NCBI GenBank assembly: GCA_002081575.1
Contig: JNBS01000043.1
Span: 1-52,624, forward strand
DNA length: 52,624 bases
Direction: 5' to 3'
Source: Thraustotheca clavata
Taxonomy: Eukaryota
The notes under the pieces are model-generated. The model was given only the letters and a program-made list of their open reading frames with translations. It did not search any database and was not told the DNA's origin. The translations under genes were made by a program, and so were the position numbers. Positions within the stretch are counted from its first letter, which is position 1; each line of letters opens with the position of its first letter. Shown in pieces: positions 1 to 12,930 of the stretch.

Positions 1-1096
1 CAATCAACATAGAAACAATACCTGCATATCCTTTGAATTTTGAATGGAAGCTTTTGCATACATCCAATCTAAACGTAAAGGCTGAGTCGATTACGCCAAT
101 GAAAGCCATAAAAAACAGCTCCACCACACATAGCAAAGGGAAATATCTGATAACAACGACTAACCACCAGGTTATTGGACCCATTGAATCAGTTAACTTC
201 TTTCAATTACAGTGGGCGATGTGATAGCTCGTTGTAATTGACAAATATCTTATTGCGCATCTTTAATTTTGTATTAAATGCTTGTTATTTTCAAACCATA
301 ATCAGGTAAAAACAATTATAACGAATTGATCAATGATTTTCAACTTAATTTTTTACTCCTTTAGTAGGGGTTGCCAACCTTGAAAAGTGCTTGTCGATGT
401 GTCTCTGATCCATAGAAAAATGCAATGCACTGGTGATATCGAACTGGGTAAAATGGTACATGTGTAAATTTTTGTCAATGCTGAAAACATTGGACAAATT
501 TACGCTGTAAATTTATGTAAATAAATGTCAATGTAAATGTAAATGCGAACCCTAGTCTTGTGCAGATATTATAGAGTAAGTACAGTACACTGTACAGGTA
601 CCGTAAATGATTATGATCACGTCAACAGTGAATAGGCACGTTAAGTATCAGTATAACATTATGCGTAAATGGCTTGTTGATAACAAAATCCCAAGAACTT
701 ATGTTAACTCGTCACATCAATGGGGAAATAACAAACGTTATTTTAAAGTCATAATTCACGTTCACATTGAGTACAAATATATATATATAAATTTTACTAT
801 GGTTAATAGACTTTTTCGTTCAGAGTTACTGCACTTGCACTGTGATCTACAAAGTATTTCTGCAATTTGGCACTGGCAGTTTAGCTGTAAACAATGACTC
901 TTTTTGTGTTAATCCCATTTGACCTTAACAGTAGAATGGTAGATTGGCAGTCTTTATGTCAGGCAGTTAATTTTTGTGACTTTCGGTTACTTTACAGCAT
1001 ACACAAATGACGTATTTGTGGTCCATGCCACATTTAACAATTTGATGTGATTTTGGCATTTGCCATATTTAGACACGAATAAAAATTCTTTGCCTG

Positions 1097-4000
1097 ATGC
1101 AACATCGATTGCTTACTCGATGTCTTTACGTCGTCTTTTGCTGCTTTCAAGTTGTTAAACCAGAAGCTACAACATGTAAACACTCTATTCCATGGATGCA
1201 AGCGTTTACAAACGAGCAATTCATTATATCTTTCAAGAAATATCAATCTGAAGCTTTGCATTGGTCAAGTTTTGAAGCTATCATCACTGTATGGGATCCA
1301 TCGCTTATATCAAGTATTTCTTTAAGAAATCCAAAGTATCCTACTGATTTTTTGTTGTGGAATCTTCAATGGACAAGTGAATCACAGCGAATTCATATTT
1401 TAACTCAAATTTCTGAGCATATACCAGAGATAAAAGCTATTTCTCGGAATCAATTGATGCAAGGCCAAGTCCTTAGTGCTTCTAATGCATCAAAAACACC
1501 ATTTAAGGCTTCAGGTATATTTATTATTTAACGAAAGATCAATATTTCTATAGATCACTCACAAACCAATTCAGTCAATGGTGTAGACTATGTAAAAGAT
1601 GCATGGCAACGCGGTTTTAAAGGTACAAATTTCTTTTACTTGTAAAATTAAGTATATTGTTCAGGACAAAATGTTAAAATTGGTGTATTTGACACTGGCT
1701 TAGCTCCATCTTCTAGACAACATTTTCATCATGTAGAAGATATCACAAATTGGACAAATGAACAAGATGTACACTACAAAAGCTCATAGCTATTCTAATA
1801 GTTTGTAGCTCGTAGATAGCAATGGCCACGGTACATTTGTAGCTGGAGTTATCGCTGGCAGTGTAGATGGATGTTTGGGTATTGCACCAGAAGCATCAAT
1901 CTATGCTTTTCGAGTATTTACATCAGAGAGTGTTGTGTATACTTCATGGTTCTTGGATGCTATCAACTATGCTATTTATTTAGAATTGGATGTGTTAAAC
2001 TTTAGTATTGGTGGTCCTGACTTTGAAGACTTACCTTTTGTTGATAAGGTCCGTGAAGCCTCTAGTCATGGAATTATTGTGGTATATGGTCTTTCAAGTC
2101 GTCATGCATTAATTTAATCTGTAGGTATCTGCTGCTGGCAATTCCGGTCCTTACTATGGCATTTTAACTAACCCTGCTGATCAAATGGATGTCATTGGAG
2201 TTGGTGGGCTCACAGAAGATTTGCAAAAAGTATGCTTAACAACTCTATGTGGTGTTTATGAGTGAAATAGATTGCTTCATTTTCGGCAAGAGGCCTTACG
2301 ACGTGGGAAATAGATTCGGGGTAATCCTTAAGCTCTATTTCGAGGCTTATAACTGGGATAGATATGGTAGAGTCAAACCTGACGTAATGGCCCTTGGAGT
2401 CAATGTTGTTGGTCAAACATCAACAGGAAAATGCATTCAATTGAATGGAACTAGTATGGCTGCACCACTGGTTACAGGAGCTGTAGCTTTAATCCTTTCA
2501 GCTATGACTGCGTCACAACGCCAACAGTTTGGCAATCCTGGATTTATTAAAGCTTTGCTCTTAACTACAGCTACAAGATTAGAGTCTCGTTCCATGTACT
2601 GTCGTTCAAATTTTATCAATTTAATAATATTGTAGTGGCTCATCGACACTGAATAATGAATGGCATCATATATACGAACAAGGTGCAGGTCGACTTAATT
2701 TAAGCTCAGCTCTATCGTCCATGGAGTTAATGATGGTAGTCTCTTCATTATAGTAATTTTAAGTGGGGTTTACTAGAAACAACCCAAAGTAGTCATCCTT
2801 CCTGGCGCTCTTGATTTAACAGACTGCCCTTATACATGGCCCCACTGTAATCAAGCAATATACCATGATGCATTGCCTGTGGTATTTAACTTGACTGTAA
2901 GCATATCACGATGACAAAGTACTCAACAAATCAGTAGATCATTCACCCGACAGCAGTATCAAGTCGTTTAATGGTACCACCAGAATGGATTCCTGGTGTT
3001 CATGGAGACTTACTCGACGTTCAAACTATTACAAATGGCAAGTTTATCCCTTACACTGGAGCTATTGGGTTGTATATTTCCGTCAAGGCACCGGTATTAG
3101 AGCCTATTGTTGCTCAAGGTCGATTGCGAATAACACTGGAGAATGCTGTTGGAGCTGATCTTGTAATTAAAATTCCCATTCAACCAACTCCACCACGACA
3201 CAAGCGAGTAGTATTTCACTCATTACAATGCATAATATTATTGTAGATTTTGTGGGATCAATTTCGAAATCTTCAATATCCCTCGTTATATGTTCCTAAA
3301 GATGATCTCCATATACATACCTCCGACCCATTTGATAGCCATGGAGATCATCCACATACAAATTTTGCTGATTTGTGGATGGCTTTAAGAACTGCTGGGT
3401 AATGAATACAAATGATTTTAATGTTTGAACTGCCTGGTAGATATGCTGTAGAGATTGCCTCAGTAGATTATACTTGCTTGGAGTTGAGTAAATATGGTCT
3501 TGTTTTGGTTGTAGACCCTGAAGAACCCTGGTTTGACTCTGAAATCCAAGCAATGACAGCAGCAATTCGAGAACAAAATGTATCTCTTGTTGTCATTGGT
3601 GGCTGGTATAATCTTGATACCATGAATTCGCTTGAGATTTGGGATACAAATACTTTAAGTCACTGGCAGCCTGTTGTTGGTGGATCCAATGTACCTGCTA
3701 TTAACCAGCTTTTAGAGTCCTTTAATATTGCTCTTGGTGATACAATTTGGACATCCTTTCCATTGCATGAAGGTACTCCTGACATGTTTGTCGAATCTGG
3801 TAGTGGAATTGTATCATTTCCTATTGATGGTCATCTATACTTTACACAGCTACGAAATATTACCAGCAAATCAACTTTTCTATCAACAGCCTTAATGGAT
3901 TGGAAAAGTGTCCCTGTAGTAGGAAGTACTCAAGTATCAACAAAGAATGGTACATCATGTATAGATATATAATAATCTTACGTCATTTAGGTGGGCGTAT

Positions 4001-4268
4001 AATCGTAATGGGGGATGCTTCTTGCTTGGATTCAATTAATTCTACAGGAATGACATGCTTCAAAATGTTTTTAGAGCTTGTAGCTTATGCATTATCTAGC
4101 ACACCACTATCAAATACTGGTGAATGGACTCATTTGGCATCAAACCCACTTCTTGCAGCAATTAAACCACCGATGACTCAACCAGATACAGAGTTATGGA
4201 AAGAATCAAAAGTTCTTGGACCTAATAAGAAACCTGGTCAATGTCTACCAGTTAAGAAGACACGATAG
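1097..4268 (+). CDS. MBTPS1: Site-1 protease (SKI-1/S1P) subtilase, multi-exon
   Basis: Splicing short GT-AG introns joins the catalytic motifs GVFDTG (~1680), GHGTFVAG (~1825), SAAGNSGP and GTSMAAP (~2450). S1P-specific segments [46 protein letters not shown] and [14 protein letters not shown] are present. N-terminus is signal-peptide-like. Confidence 0.93.
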
Positions 4269-4329
4269 ACTTAGTTTATTGACAACAACTCTTTCCAATG
4301 AAAAATATAAGCATTAACAAGGTTACCAC

Positions 4330-4916
4330 TTACAATTCAATAGTGCGACTAGCTTGAGCAGCAGCAAGAGCTTCTTCACGTGCAGCTTCAAGCATACTTT
4401 TTGGTTTAGCATCCACCTTGACATCTTTGATTTTAATCTCAGGTTTCTTATCAGTTTTCGGTGTAGATGGAGCTGGTACTGATGTTGCTTGGCTTGAACT
4501 ACTTGTAGATTCATACTCTTCACCACCATTAGCCACAAATCCTTTAGCAGAGTCAATGGCCGTTCGGAACGCATTGGCACAAATTGACTGTGATTCTTTA
4601 GGGCGAATAGTACGATACTTTTCACACACTGTCGATTGCATTTCAATCAAATGAGAATCTGCATTCACATCTTGATTGCAGTAAGCTGAACAAGCTTCAC
4701 GCGTTCCTATTTCATGTAAATAATCAACTATTCTTATAGCTTACCAAGGCGATGAGCTTCGACACAATTGTTATAAAGCGCTGGACGAGGAAGACGATCA
4801 CGATAGCCACCACACACACTTTCTAGCAATCGACCGCCCTGGCTTTGACACTCGGAAACACATTCTCCATGGGTTATGCCTGCAATTAATGCAAGGATCA
4901 TGAACACTGCTTTCAT
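4330..4916 (-). CDS. Signal-peptide, Cys-rich hypothetical protein ending in -TIEL (two exons)
   Basis: MKAVFMILALIAGITHG signal peptide. A 38-nt GT-AG intron (4707-4744) joins ORFs 4734..4916 and 4330..4668 in frame. Confidence 0.8.
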
Positions 4917-5703
4917 CTTGATCGATCTTATTGTTTAATGATCTAATATGAACAGTCACACTTTCAAGCCAATAAAAAGCATTCTTGTATTTGATTGGAT
5001 GAATGGAATCCTTCTATTTTGTAGCTGGATTGGTTGAAAAATTTGGTTTTTAGCGAATAGAAACATTGCAATAGTAAAATTTTTAACCAATCCAGAACAT
5101 TGTAACATATCATTTTTCAATAACTTCTTCCTTTTCTTGTAATACATGTTGCATTTATATTACGTGCTTTTAACAAGGCATTTACATATACTATCAATAT
5201 AGCATCAACATAATATTAATGCATATTGAAAGCTGGAGTCTACATAAAGTACAACGTTTGTTTGTATAAGCCCATTTTTAAACGTCAAGTTGATTGAGAT
5301 TTTACACAGTAATAGGACCTATTTTATATATAAAGTACCATTTCAATAAGGCATACAATAGAGTAAAAGTTATTCAGGTAATAATGTTATGGTCTATGAG
5401 GCGTTGGGTAGAATTTGATGGGAAATATATCAAGTTATTTGATGGAAATGGACAAATATGTACTTTATCTATTTGATTAAAGAAATTGTATGAATAAAAG
5501 CAATGAAATAGAAGATAATGTTAAATATTGACCCTTTTGATGGATCGTTATATAGAAAGGGTGCAAATCAAACCTATATATAAACTATCTTGAAGTTTGT
5601 ATATAATAGACTATTCATGACAAAGTTGGACCTGGTAATAAAAATATGTCTTTATATCTTGCATTTTGTATGCAACTTAGAATATTGATTAAAAAGTGGT
5701 GAA

Positions 5704-6995
5704 ATGCATGGCCATTGCCAAAATATGGCCACGGTGAGTATGGCATCGCCAACCCCAGTGTCAAAATCGTCAAAACGATCGTCTACAGGCTTTTACGCTG
5801 ATCCTAGCTCTCCTATCGCCTCTACGCCATTGAAAAGGCAACGAATCCGTGCTTCAGGTGTGAAATTTCGATGATAATTAATTAATTTTTGATGTCAAAT
5901 AGAAACCTCGGATATTAAGGTGGCACAGCCCTTGGATGTTGTGTGTCCTCGGCGTTTAGCAATTGATTTTGACGACTCTGATTCTGAACCAGAGGCTCCA
6001 CCAATTTTTTCTCCTGTATTAAAAGTGGATAAAAAATTATCACCAAAATCTGGTGATGAAGCTACAGTTGTGGAAGAAGTTGTTGAAGAAGTAGAAGAAC
6101 ATGCTGTTGAACACGAATTTAATCCGTAAGATATCTATTGTAAAAATTCGTGCAATTGACCATATCTATGTAGATTTTACTTTATGAAAATGTTACCAAA
6201 ATATGATGATATATGTGAATTTGCTCGACCTATTGCATTACCAAAGAAAGAACCATCAGCTCCAAAGATTTGTTTAGTAAATAATCATTATGATCATATT
6301 GTTCAATGATGCAATAGGTATTAGATTTGGATGAGACGTTGGTTCATTGCTCAGTGGATGACATTGCTAATCCAGATTTAAAGTTTCTAGTATGCATCAT
6401 ATTTATTTCTCTATATAAGATTTGGTTGCTTAGATTGATTATAATGGTACAGAATACACCGTGTCGGTGAAAAAGCGTCCATATATGACAGAATTTTTAT
6501 CCCAAGTATCGGAATGGTTTGAAGTTGTCGTATTTACAGCTTCTCAACGAGTATATGCTGAGAAGCTATTAAATCTTTTAGATCCATACCAACAATTCAT
6601 CAAGTACAATATCTATACAACTTTTGCATCATATTTAACATTGAGATAGACATCGATTGTATCGTGAAAATTGTTTACCAGTGGAAGGCAATTTTCTTAA
6701 AGATTTGAATGTATTGGGCCGAGATTTAAGTCAAGTTGTCTTGATTGATAATTCACCTCATGCATTTGGATATCAAGTAAACAATGGGATTCCAATTGAA
6801 AGTTGGTTTTCGGATACAAGTGATGATGAATTATTGAAATTATTACCATTTCTTGAAAGTCTCATGCATGTGGATGATGTACGACCGATTGTTGCTAATC
6901 AATTTCAAATTCAACATCTTATTGACAAAGCTGAAATTGATCCATTATTACTACAAGATGACACGATAGATGCCAATCATGAAAATGAACGATAA
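5704..6995 (+). CDS. CTD small phosphatase-like (FCP1/NIF HAD phosphatase, CTDSPL2-like), multi-exon
   Basis: Spliced exons give [12 protein letters not shown] (DxDxT, ~6318), [34 protein letters not shown] and NGIPIESWF. Confidence 0.92.
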
Positions 6996-7399
6996 AACCA
7001 TTCATCTTTTAATACTCAATTCCCTAATTCATGCTTCTATATACAATCTTGATCATTCTTAAGTAGAATTTTAAACTTCATTTTAAAAATATGTACAATA
7101 TTGTCATGTAATATCTTCTGATATCTATACAAAAATGAATCTCATATTTTCACACTATGATTAAACTTATAATCAACCACAAAGAAATATATCAATTTGT
7201 ACTTTAGCTAGATCGATCGTAGTACCATTTTGTGCAATATCATGAAGCTAAATGACAAGAATTTGTTATATTCGCTTTGAAGTTCGCGCACTTGAAGTTC
7301 ATGTTGACATCAATTTGTATGAATGATGTTCATGTGTGATTTGAATGATGATCATTGATTCATTTGTATAGTACTGTGTTGTATATTTTAAGTTGAACG

Positions 7400-10300
7400 A
7401 TGGACATAACACATCTCCTAGAAACATCGTCTGGTGCTCACTCTGTACAAGCTTCTAATGATGTCTGCCATGGGCTATGCTTGCTAGAAACTACAAAGCT
7501 CCATTCGCACCAAGTTGCAGCACTTTTTTGGATGGCTAAACGTGAAAAATCGATGGCAAAGTTGGTTGGCGGTGTTTTAGCTGATGGTCCAGGCCTTGGT
7601 AAAACTCTAACTACATTGAGTTGTATGCTATTAAATCAATCGAATGCTCCTACTCTTGTAGTTGTTCCAAATGCATTGATTGTTGAGCAATGGTTTGATG
7701 CATTTTGTGAAAAATTGTCATAGTGTACCATAGGCTCAATGAAATGATATTGCATTTTCAGCCAAATACATGGAAAACCTTATTGTACAATCCAAAGAAG
7801 ACTAGAGACATTCAAGAATTTGTATCTGATCCACATTCGTCAAAGATAATCCTTGTTACTTTACAAGATATGACACTAGAATGGTATTTGCTTTGTCATG
7901 AAATAATTTAATGCATTGAATAGGCATTTATTTCAATCCGAACAAAGTGAACGTGGTAAAGCAACTTCGGTATTGTATCATGTTAAATGGCATCGAATTG
8001 TTGTGGATGAAGTACAAGATATTCTTGGTCCTGGTACTTCGATGACTGCTACAATGATACAATCCCTTCATGCTGAAATACGTTGGGGATTATCTGCAAC
8101 TCCATTATCTAAACCGATTGATTTACTTGGTACATATTCGTATTGCAAATTTATTGTAAAAATTCCAATAGGCTTGGGCAAATTTTTAATGATACCACCA
8201 CTTAACACCCCAGAGTATTGGAGGCAGATTGATCTTGAAAATGAAGAGCATGTAAAAACTATTCAAGAGATATTAAATGATATTGTGTGGCGTACACCAA
8301 GTCAATATGTAGTAGACACTTTGAAATTGGTACCAAAACAAATTCAATTGCCTGCTCAAATTGTACAAATGAGTGCTGTTGAATTTGCATCTTATTATCC
8401 TGAATACAAACGGTAAGATTATTTCTACAGCATTGGAGATAAAATTTGTCATAGGTTTATGAAAGATATTGCTAAAAAGGTTAAGAAACTAAAAGGCCAA
8501 CGTCAAACAATATCTATCAATGCATTACGGCGTGTTTTAGCACATGAATCGATTATTAAATTATGCAAAGGAGCATCGCATGTGGGTTTAATTTCAACAA
8601 TGGCAAGTCGAGATTTTGATTCAATGCTTTTGGGACTTGTACAAATGCGAATGGATGCTTGCAATGGCGCTATTGAAAATTGTATTATGAAATGTATTGA
8701 AAGCAATGATCCAACACTTATTACTCGTGGTTATCAACTTTTCTGTAAATTGGGACCATTTCGAATTCCTTGGACACTTCAGCTTCGTCTTTTAAGTTCT
8801 ATTCGTCATTTTGCTTATGGTGATAAAAGAATTGGGTAATTCTCAACATGAAAAGAAATGTTTAATGATGTATAGGCTTCGTCATCAAATACATAGAACT
8901 GTACTTGCTATCTCGGATAAATTGCCTCGAATACTATGGGAAAAAATCTTTAATGAATACTTGTATGAAGACTTTTCCCAACAAATTGATATGATACTAA
9001 ATACTCAACGTGATGCCATACAAAGAAATATAATGACTGACTACAATATCCTCCGTCAGGATCATGGTGAAATCAATTTACAATTGGGAAATTTTGGAAC
9101 TCAACTCAATCAGCATTTACGTAAGAAATCTTTTCACTAAATGAAGTTTTATATGCTCTATAGATGAAATCTATAATACTCCTGCATATTATGAAATTTA
9201 CTATGAAGCTAGTACTGTCCGAATCAATGAAGCTAAAAGACGATTTGGCACCTATGAACGTTGGGCAGCACTACAGTAACAAATATTTTCTTAAACTATT
9301 TAACTAATTATCAATGTAGTAAGGCACATTCATCGAATTCATCATTTCAAACTACTATGGAGAATGTATATACACAAGCTACAAGTACATTTCAAGTTTT
9401 TAATACCTTTCTTGATGAAATTTCAACTCAAGATTGGACTACAAACTCACAAGGACTTTTAGAAGCGTAAAATATACTGCTTAATTATTGCAATTGATGT
9501 AATTATTGATAGGTTTGATGCATGTGATCATGGACGTCGACGTATGAATATTCAACAAGTTTTAGGAAGAGAAGAAAGATGGCGAGTTCGTGATGCAGCT
9601 AATGCTCAAGGTCGAGGTGCTGAAGTAGTTGATGAAGGATGCTTTTTGTGTCGATTTCGCTCTGTAATTGAAGTTGCATTGTTGATACAATAATTGAAAT
9701 TTCTTACTAACTATTTCAATAGGGACTTTTGGCGTACAGAAGAACGTAGTCCAACTTTAATGATACGATATTTACTATCGCATTCATTGCTTCAAAGTAA
9801 AACAGAAATGTTGAGAAATATGGTCATAGAATATTGCCAAAAATTGACTACCTTTACAACTCATCTTGATCAATATATTCGTCGATCAATTGAAGTTTGG
9901 ACACAAATGCAGCCTCAACCTACGCCACCATATTCAAGTAATTTCATAAGACAAGTTGATGGAGCATTTTTAAAACTTGAAAGTGCACAAGCTGATTACA
10001 ATTATGTGATGAAAATCCATGGACTTCAAAAACAGTATGAAAGTACTTTACCTGCTTGTGATTTTTGCAAAACTTTGATTCCAACATTGTATACAATCAT
10101 ACACAAAATCCACTTATCATTTGGTTAGATTGAATTGCCGATTGTTGCTATGTAGCCATACACTTTGTATAGAATGCTGCCAAAAAGAGACTTCTACTTG
10201 TCCAATATGTCAGAATTTAAATCCATTTCAGCTTAAAGAAGCTCCAAGTTTAGTGAACCCAATGTCGGGTTCGAAATATGACAAAGTTATTCAAGATATT

Positions 10301-10802
10301 GCTCGTGTGGAAGGAAAGTCAATTGTGTTTTCACAATGGCATGAAGGTTTAAAGTTACTACGAAGTGCTCTACACCAAAACAACATTTCATCTCTATATC
10401 TTGAACGACCAAGCCAATCTTTGTTACTTGAAGAATTTCAAAAGAAAGATCACAAGGTTTTATTGCTGCCTCTAAAGAAATACAACCATGGGTAATATTT
10501 CTACATGACAAAGAATGTTAACTATTGCTTTTAGGTTAAACTTGGTTGAAGCAACTCATGTTTTTTTACTTGAACCAACTTTACAACCAGAAATGCAACA
10601 ACAAGCTATGGCTCGAGTTCAGCGTTTAAGTCAAACCCAAACTACGTATGTACACAGGTACTAAAGAATTTAAAAATTGAATATTTACAATGATAATAGA
10701 TATGTAATGGCTGGAACAATTGAAAAGGGCATTTTTGAATGGACTGAACAAGGTCGTTTACTCACTCATGATGATGTATATCAACTGTTCAATTCCAATT
10801 AA
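7400..10802 (+). CDS. SNF2-family helicase with RING finger (Rad5/SHPRH-like), multi-exon; start codon uncertain
   Basis: GGVLADGPGLGKT (motif I), IVVDEVQ (II), GLSATP (III), a RING (C..C..CSH..C..C..CPIC), KSIVFSQW, GLNLVEATHVFLLEP and QAMARVQR (VI). Last exon ends QLFNSN-TAA at 10800-10802. Confidence 0.9.
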
Positions 10803-11632
10803 TTTCTATACATACGTTGTTTTTTGCTGTGGATTTTTAACTTTTCTGGATCGGGTTCAAGTGCAAATGCCATTGCTTTAAATCGTTCAGATTCAGCATC
10901 AATATCAATAGTATTGATGATCTAAGCATAGGTGATACGTCGAATCATTATAATCACAAATACCTCTGGAGCTGGTGGTGGAAAGCAATCCTAAAAAATC
11001 ATTATTTGAATTATCATAAACTATTGCCTTTACAGTAGGTGGTTGTTCACTTGGTAAATCGTCCTAGAAATGTGTTGTTATTTAATATGAATACTATAGA
11101 AAATGAACCATTTCAGGAGCTGAAGGCATCATATCTATTACTTGAGGCACAGACACAGAATAATGTTCATAGCACATTTCACAAAATGAATCTTCATATT
11201 TATTCACATAGCTGCATTTGATACATTTCCAGCTATAATTTTGAGTATTTTCTTCTATTGTACAAGATTCCGCAATAGGTAAAGCTACAGAAATAATAGG
11301 ATCCCATTCTCCAAGTACTTGTTCAATTGTTAATTTAAGTCGAATTGGTAATTCAACTCTAACCAAAATGCTCATATAACAAATCGACTATTTAATACCT
11401 TAACCATTCAGCTTCTGAAGCAATAACTACTCTTAAATCTGCTGCAGTCGATAACCAATTTACACTATCAATTCATAACAAATCTAAAAGTCTCAAAAAT
11501 AACAAACTCGGATAAATATCGAGTAAATTGATCGATTTGATATTGATTCAATGGTGATTTTGCAATTCTTTCCAATGCTATAGACACAACACTAGCAGTA
11601 CCAACGTCATCTTTAATTCGCCAGCAGCTCAT
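10799..11632 (-). CDS. RanBP2-type zinc-finger protein, multi-exon with 27-30-nt micro-exons; start uncertain
   Basis: WKCIKCSYVNKYEDSFCEMC fits W-x-C-x2-C-x3-N-x6-C-x2-C. Phase-0 introns join exons DDLPSEQPPT, DCFPPPAPE and IINTIDID...KKQRMYRN-TAA. Confidence 0.7.
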
Positions 11633-11889
11633 CCATTCACTAAGAATAGGATAATAAACCAATGACCAATATAACAATCCTATTTATTACCATAGCTTTA
11701 TTCTTCATTCAATTCAGTCTAATTAATACGATAATTGCTAGTTTAGACAATTCCATATCATTTTTGATCATAAAACCTATTCATCAATAGTGATTAGCAT
11801 GGTCAATTTAATAGCTGTAATCCTGTTGGTAATGAAATTGAGTTAGAACACAAAGATGCATTCATTCAAAATTCTTAAGAGTCTATACG

Positions 11890-12276
11890 TTAATTGGTAA
11901 ACTTATAAAGCAAAGCAATGAGAGCAACGATGATAGGGAACAAATACAACGAATTGTTGCCACCGCCAGAAACTGGTTTAGTTGCACCAGCGGTATCTTT
12001 AGCACCAGCAGCCTTTGGTTCTTCCTTCAAAGTACCAATAAGGTACTTGGCAAGAGCTTTACGAGCATCAGTCGAGTGCCCAATGTCTTCAAATTCTTCA
12101 TTGGCATCTCTGCCAGCCAAATCCAAAATAATTTCTGGACCACCAGGATGATCATCCAAGTACTTGGTGACATCATACACTTTCTTTTCATTAGCTTCAC
12201 CGATGATTAACCAGCAATCTTCAGTCGTATTGTGCTTGGCAACTTCATCAGCAACGAATTGTTTGAGCTCAGCCAT
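11890..12276 (-). CDS. CYB5: Cytochrome b5 with C-terminal membrane anchor
   Basis: MAELKQF...[15 protein letters not shown]...FEDIGHS heme-binding motifs and a hydrophobic tail. Likely start is the ATG at 12276. Intronless. Confidence 0.95.
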   Translation of the reverse strand: MAELKQFVADEVAKHNTTEDCWLIIGEANEKKVYDVTKYLDDHPGGPEIILDLAGRDANEEFEDIGHSTDARKALAKYLIGTLKEEPKAAGAKDTAGATKPVSGGGNNSLYLFPIIVALIALLYKFTN

Positions 12277-12930
12277 TTTTGATGGACTTGGCGAAATAAA
12301 AAGTGCGATGGACAAGCCAATGGCAGTGGAGTGACGTGCTTTATGTGATGGATGACGTCGACAATTTTGTATACAAATTTCAAGTCTAAATATTGAGTGG
12401 AGTTTAATGTGATGGTATAGAGATAAACTCAAAATTGTTAGCTTTGAAATTGTTTGGTATATTGTTGTTATAGATATGATTATTAGATAGGAATTTAAAT
12501 TTGAATCAAAAAGTTCACTTCAACTTAGCTTTCTTTCAATTTTAACATTGAATGGATGAAATTTGGAGCACGGTAATGGATTAAAACTTGTTTAGAGCAT
12601 TTGAACCAAGGTGTAGAGAGTTTTTGAAAATATGGGAGAGGTTTAGAGCATAAAATCGTGAAAAGGATGTTGAAGGAAACTTCAACACCCAGCATATAAA
12701 CTTGATATATGAGATCAATCAAGTGTGAAAGATTGATTTATATCGAGTTTATCATAATATGATACTTTTTGAATCATATCTTTTGCATGTGGTAGATTTG
12801 GTGCAATCTTAATCATGGGATCAATTACATCCTAAAATGTATTGATTTTTTTAAAATTAGATTGATAATGCTATACAAAAAGTATTGTGTAGTGTATTGG
12901 TAGGTAATATGTGGATTTTTGAATAAGTTG

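Noticed and set aside
1..900. Short ORFs 33..224 and 607..897, and an open minus-strand frame running off the left edge
   Set aside because: No recognisable motifs. A gene beginning here cannot be supported without the neighbouring sequence.
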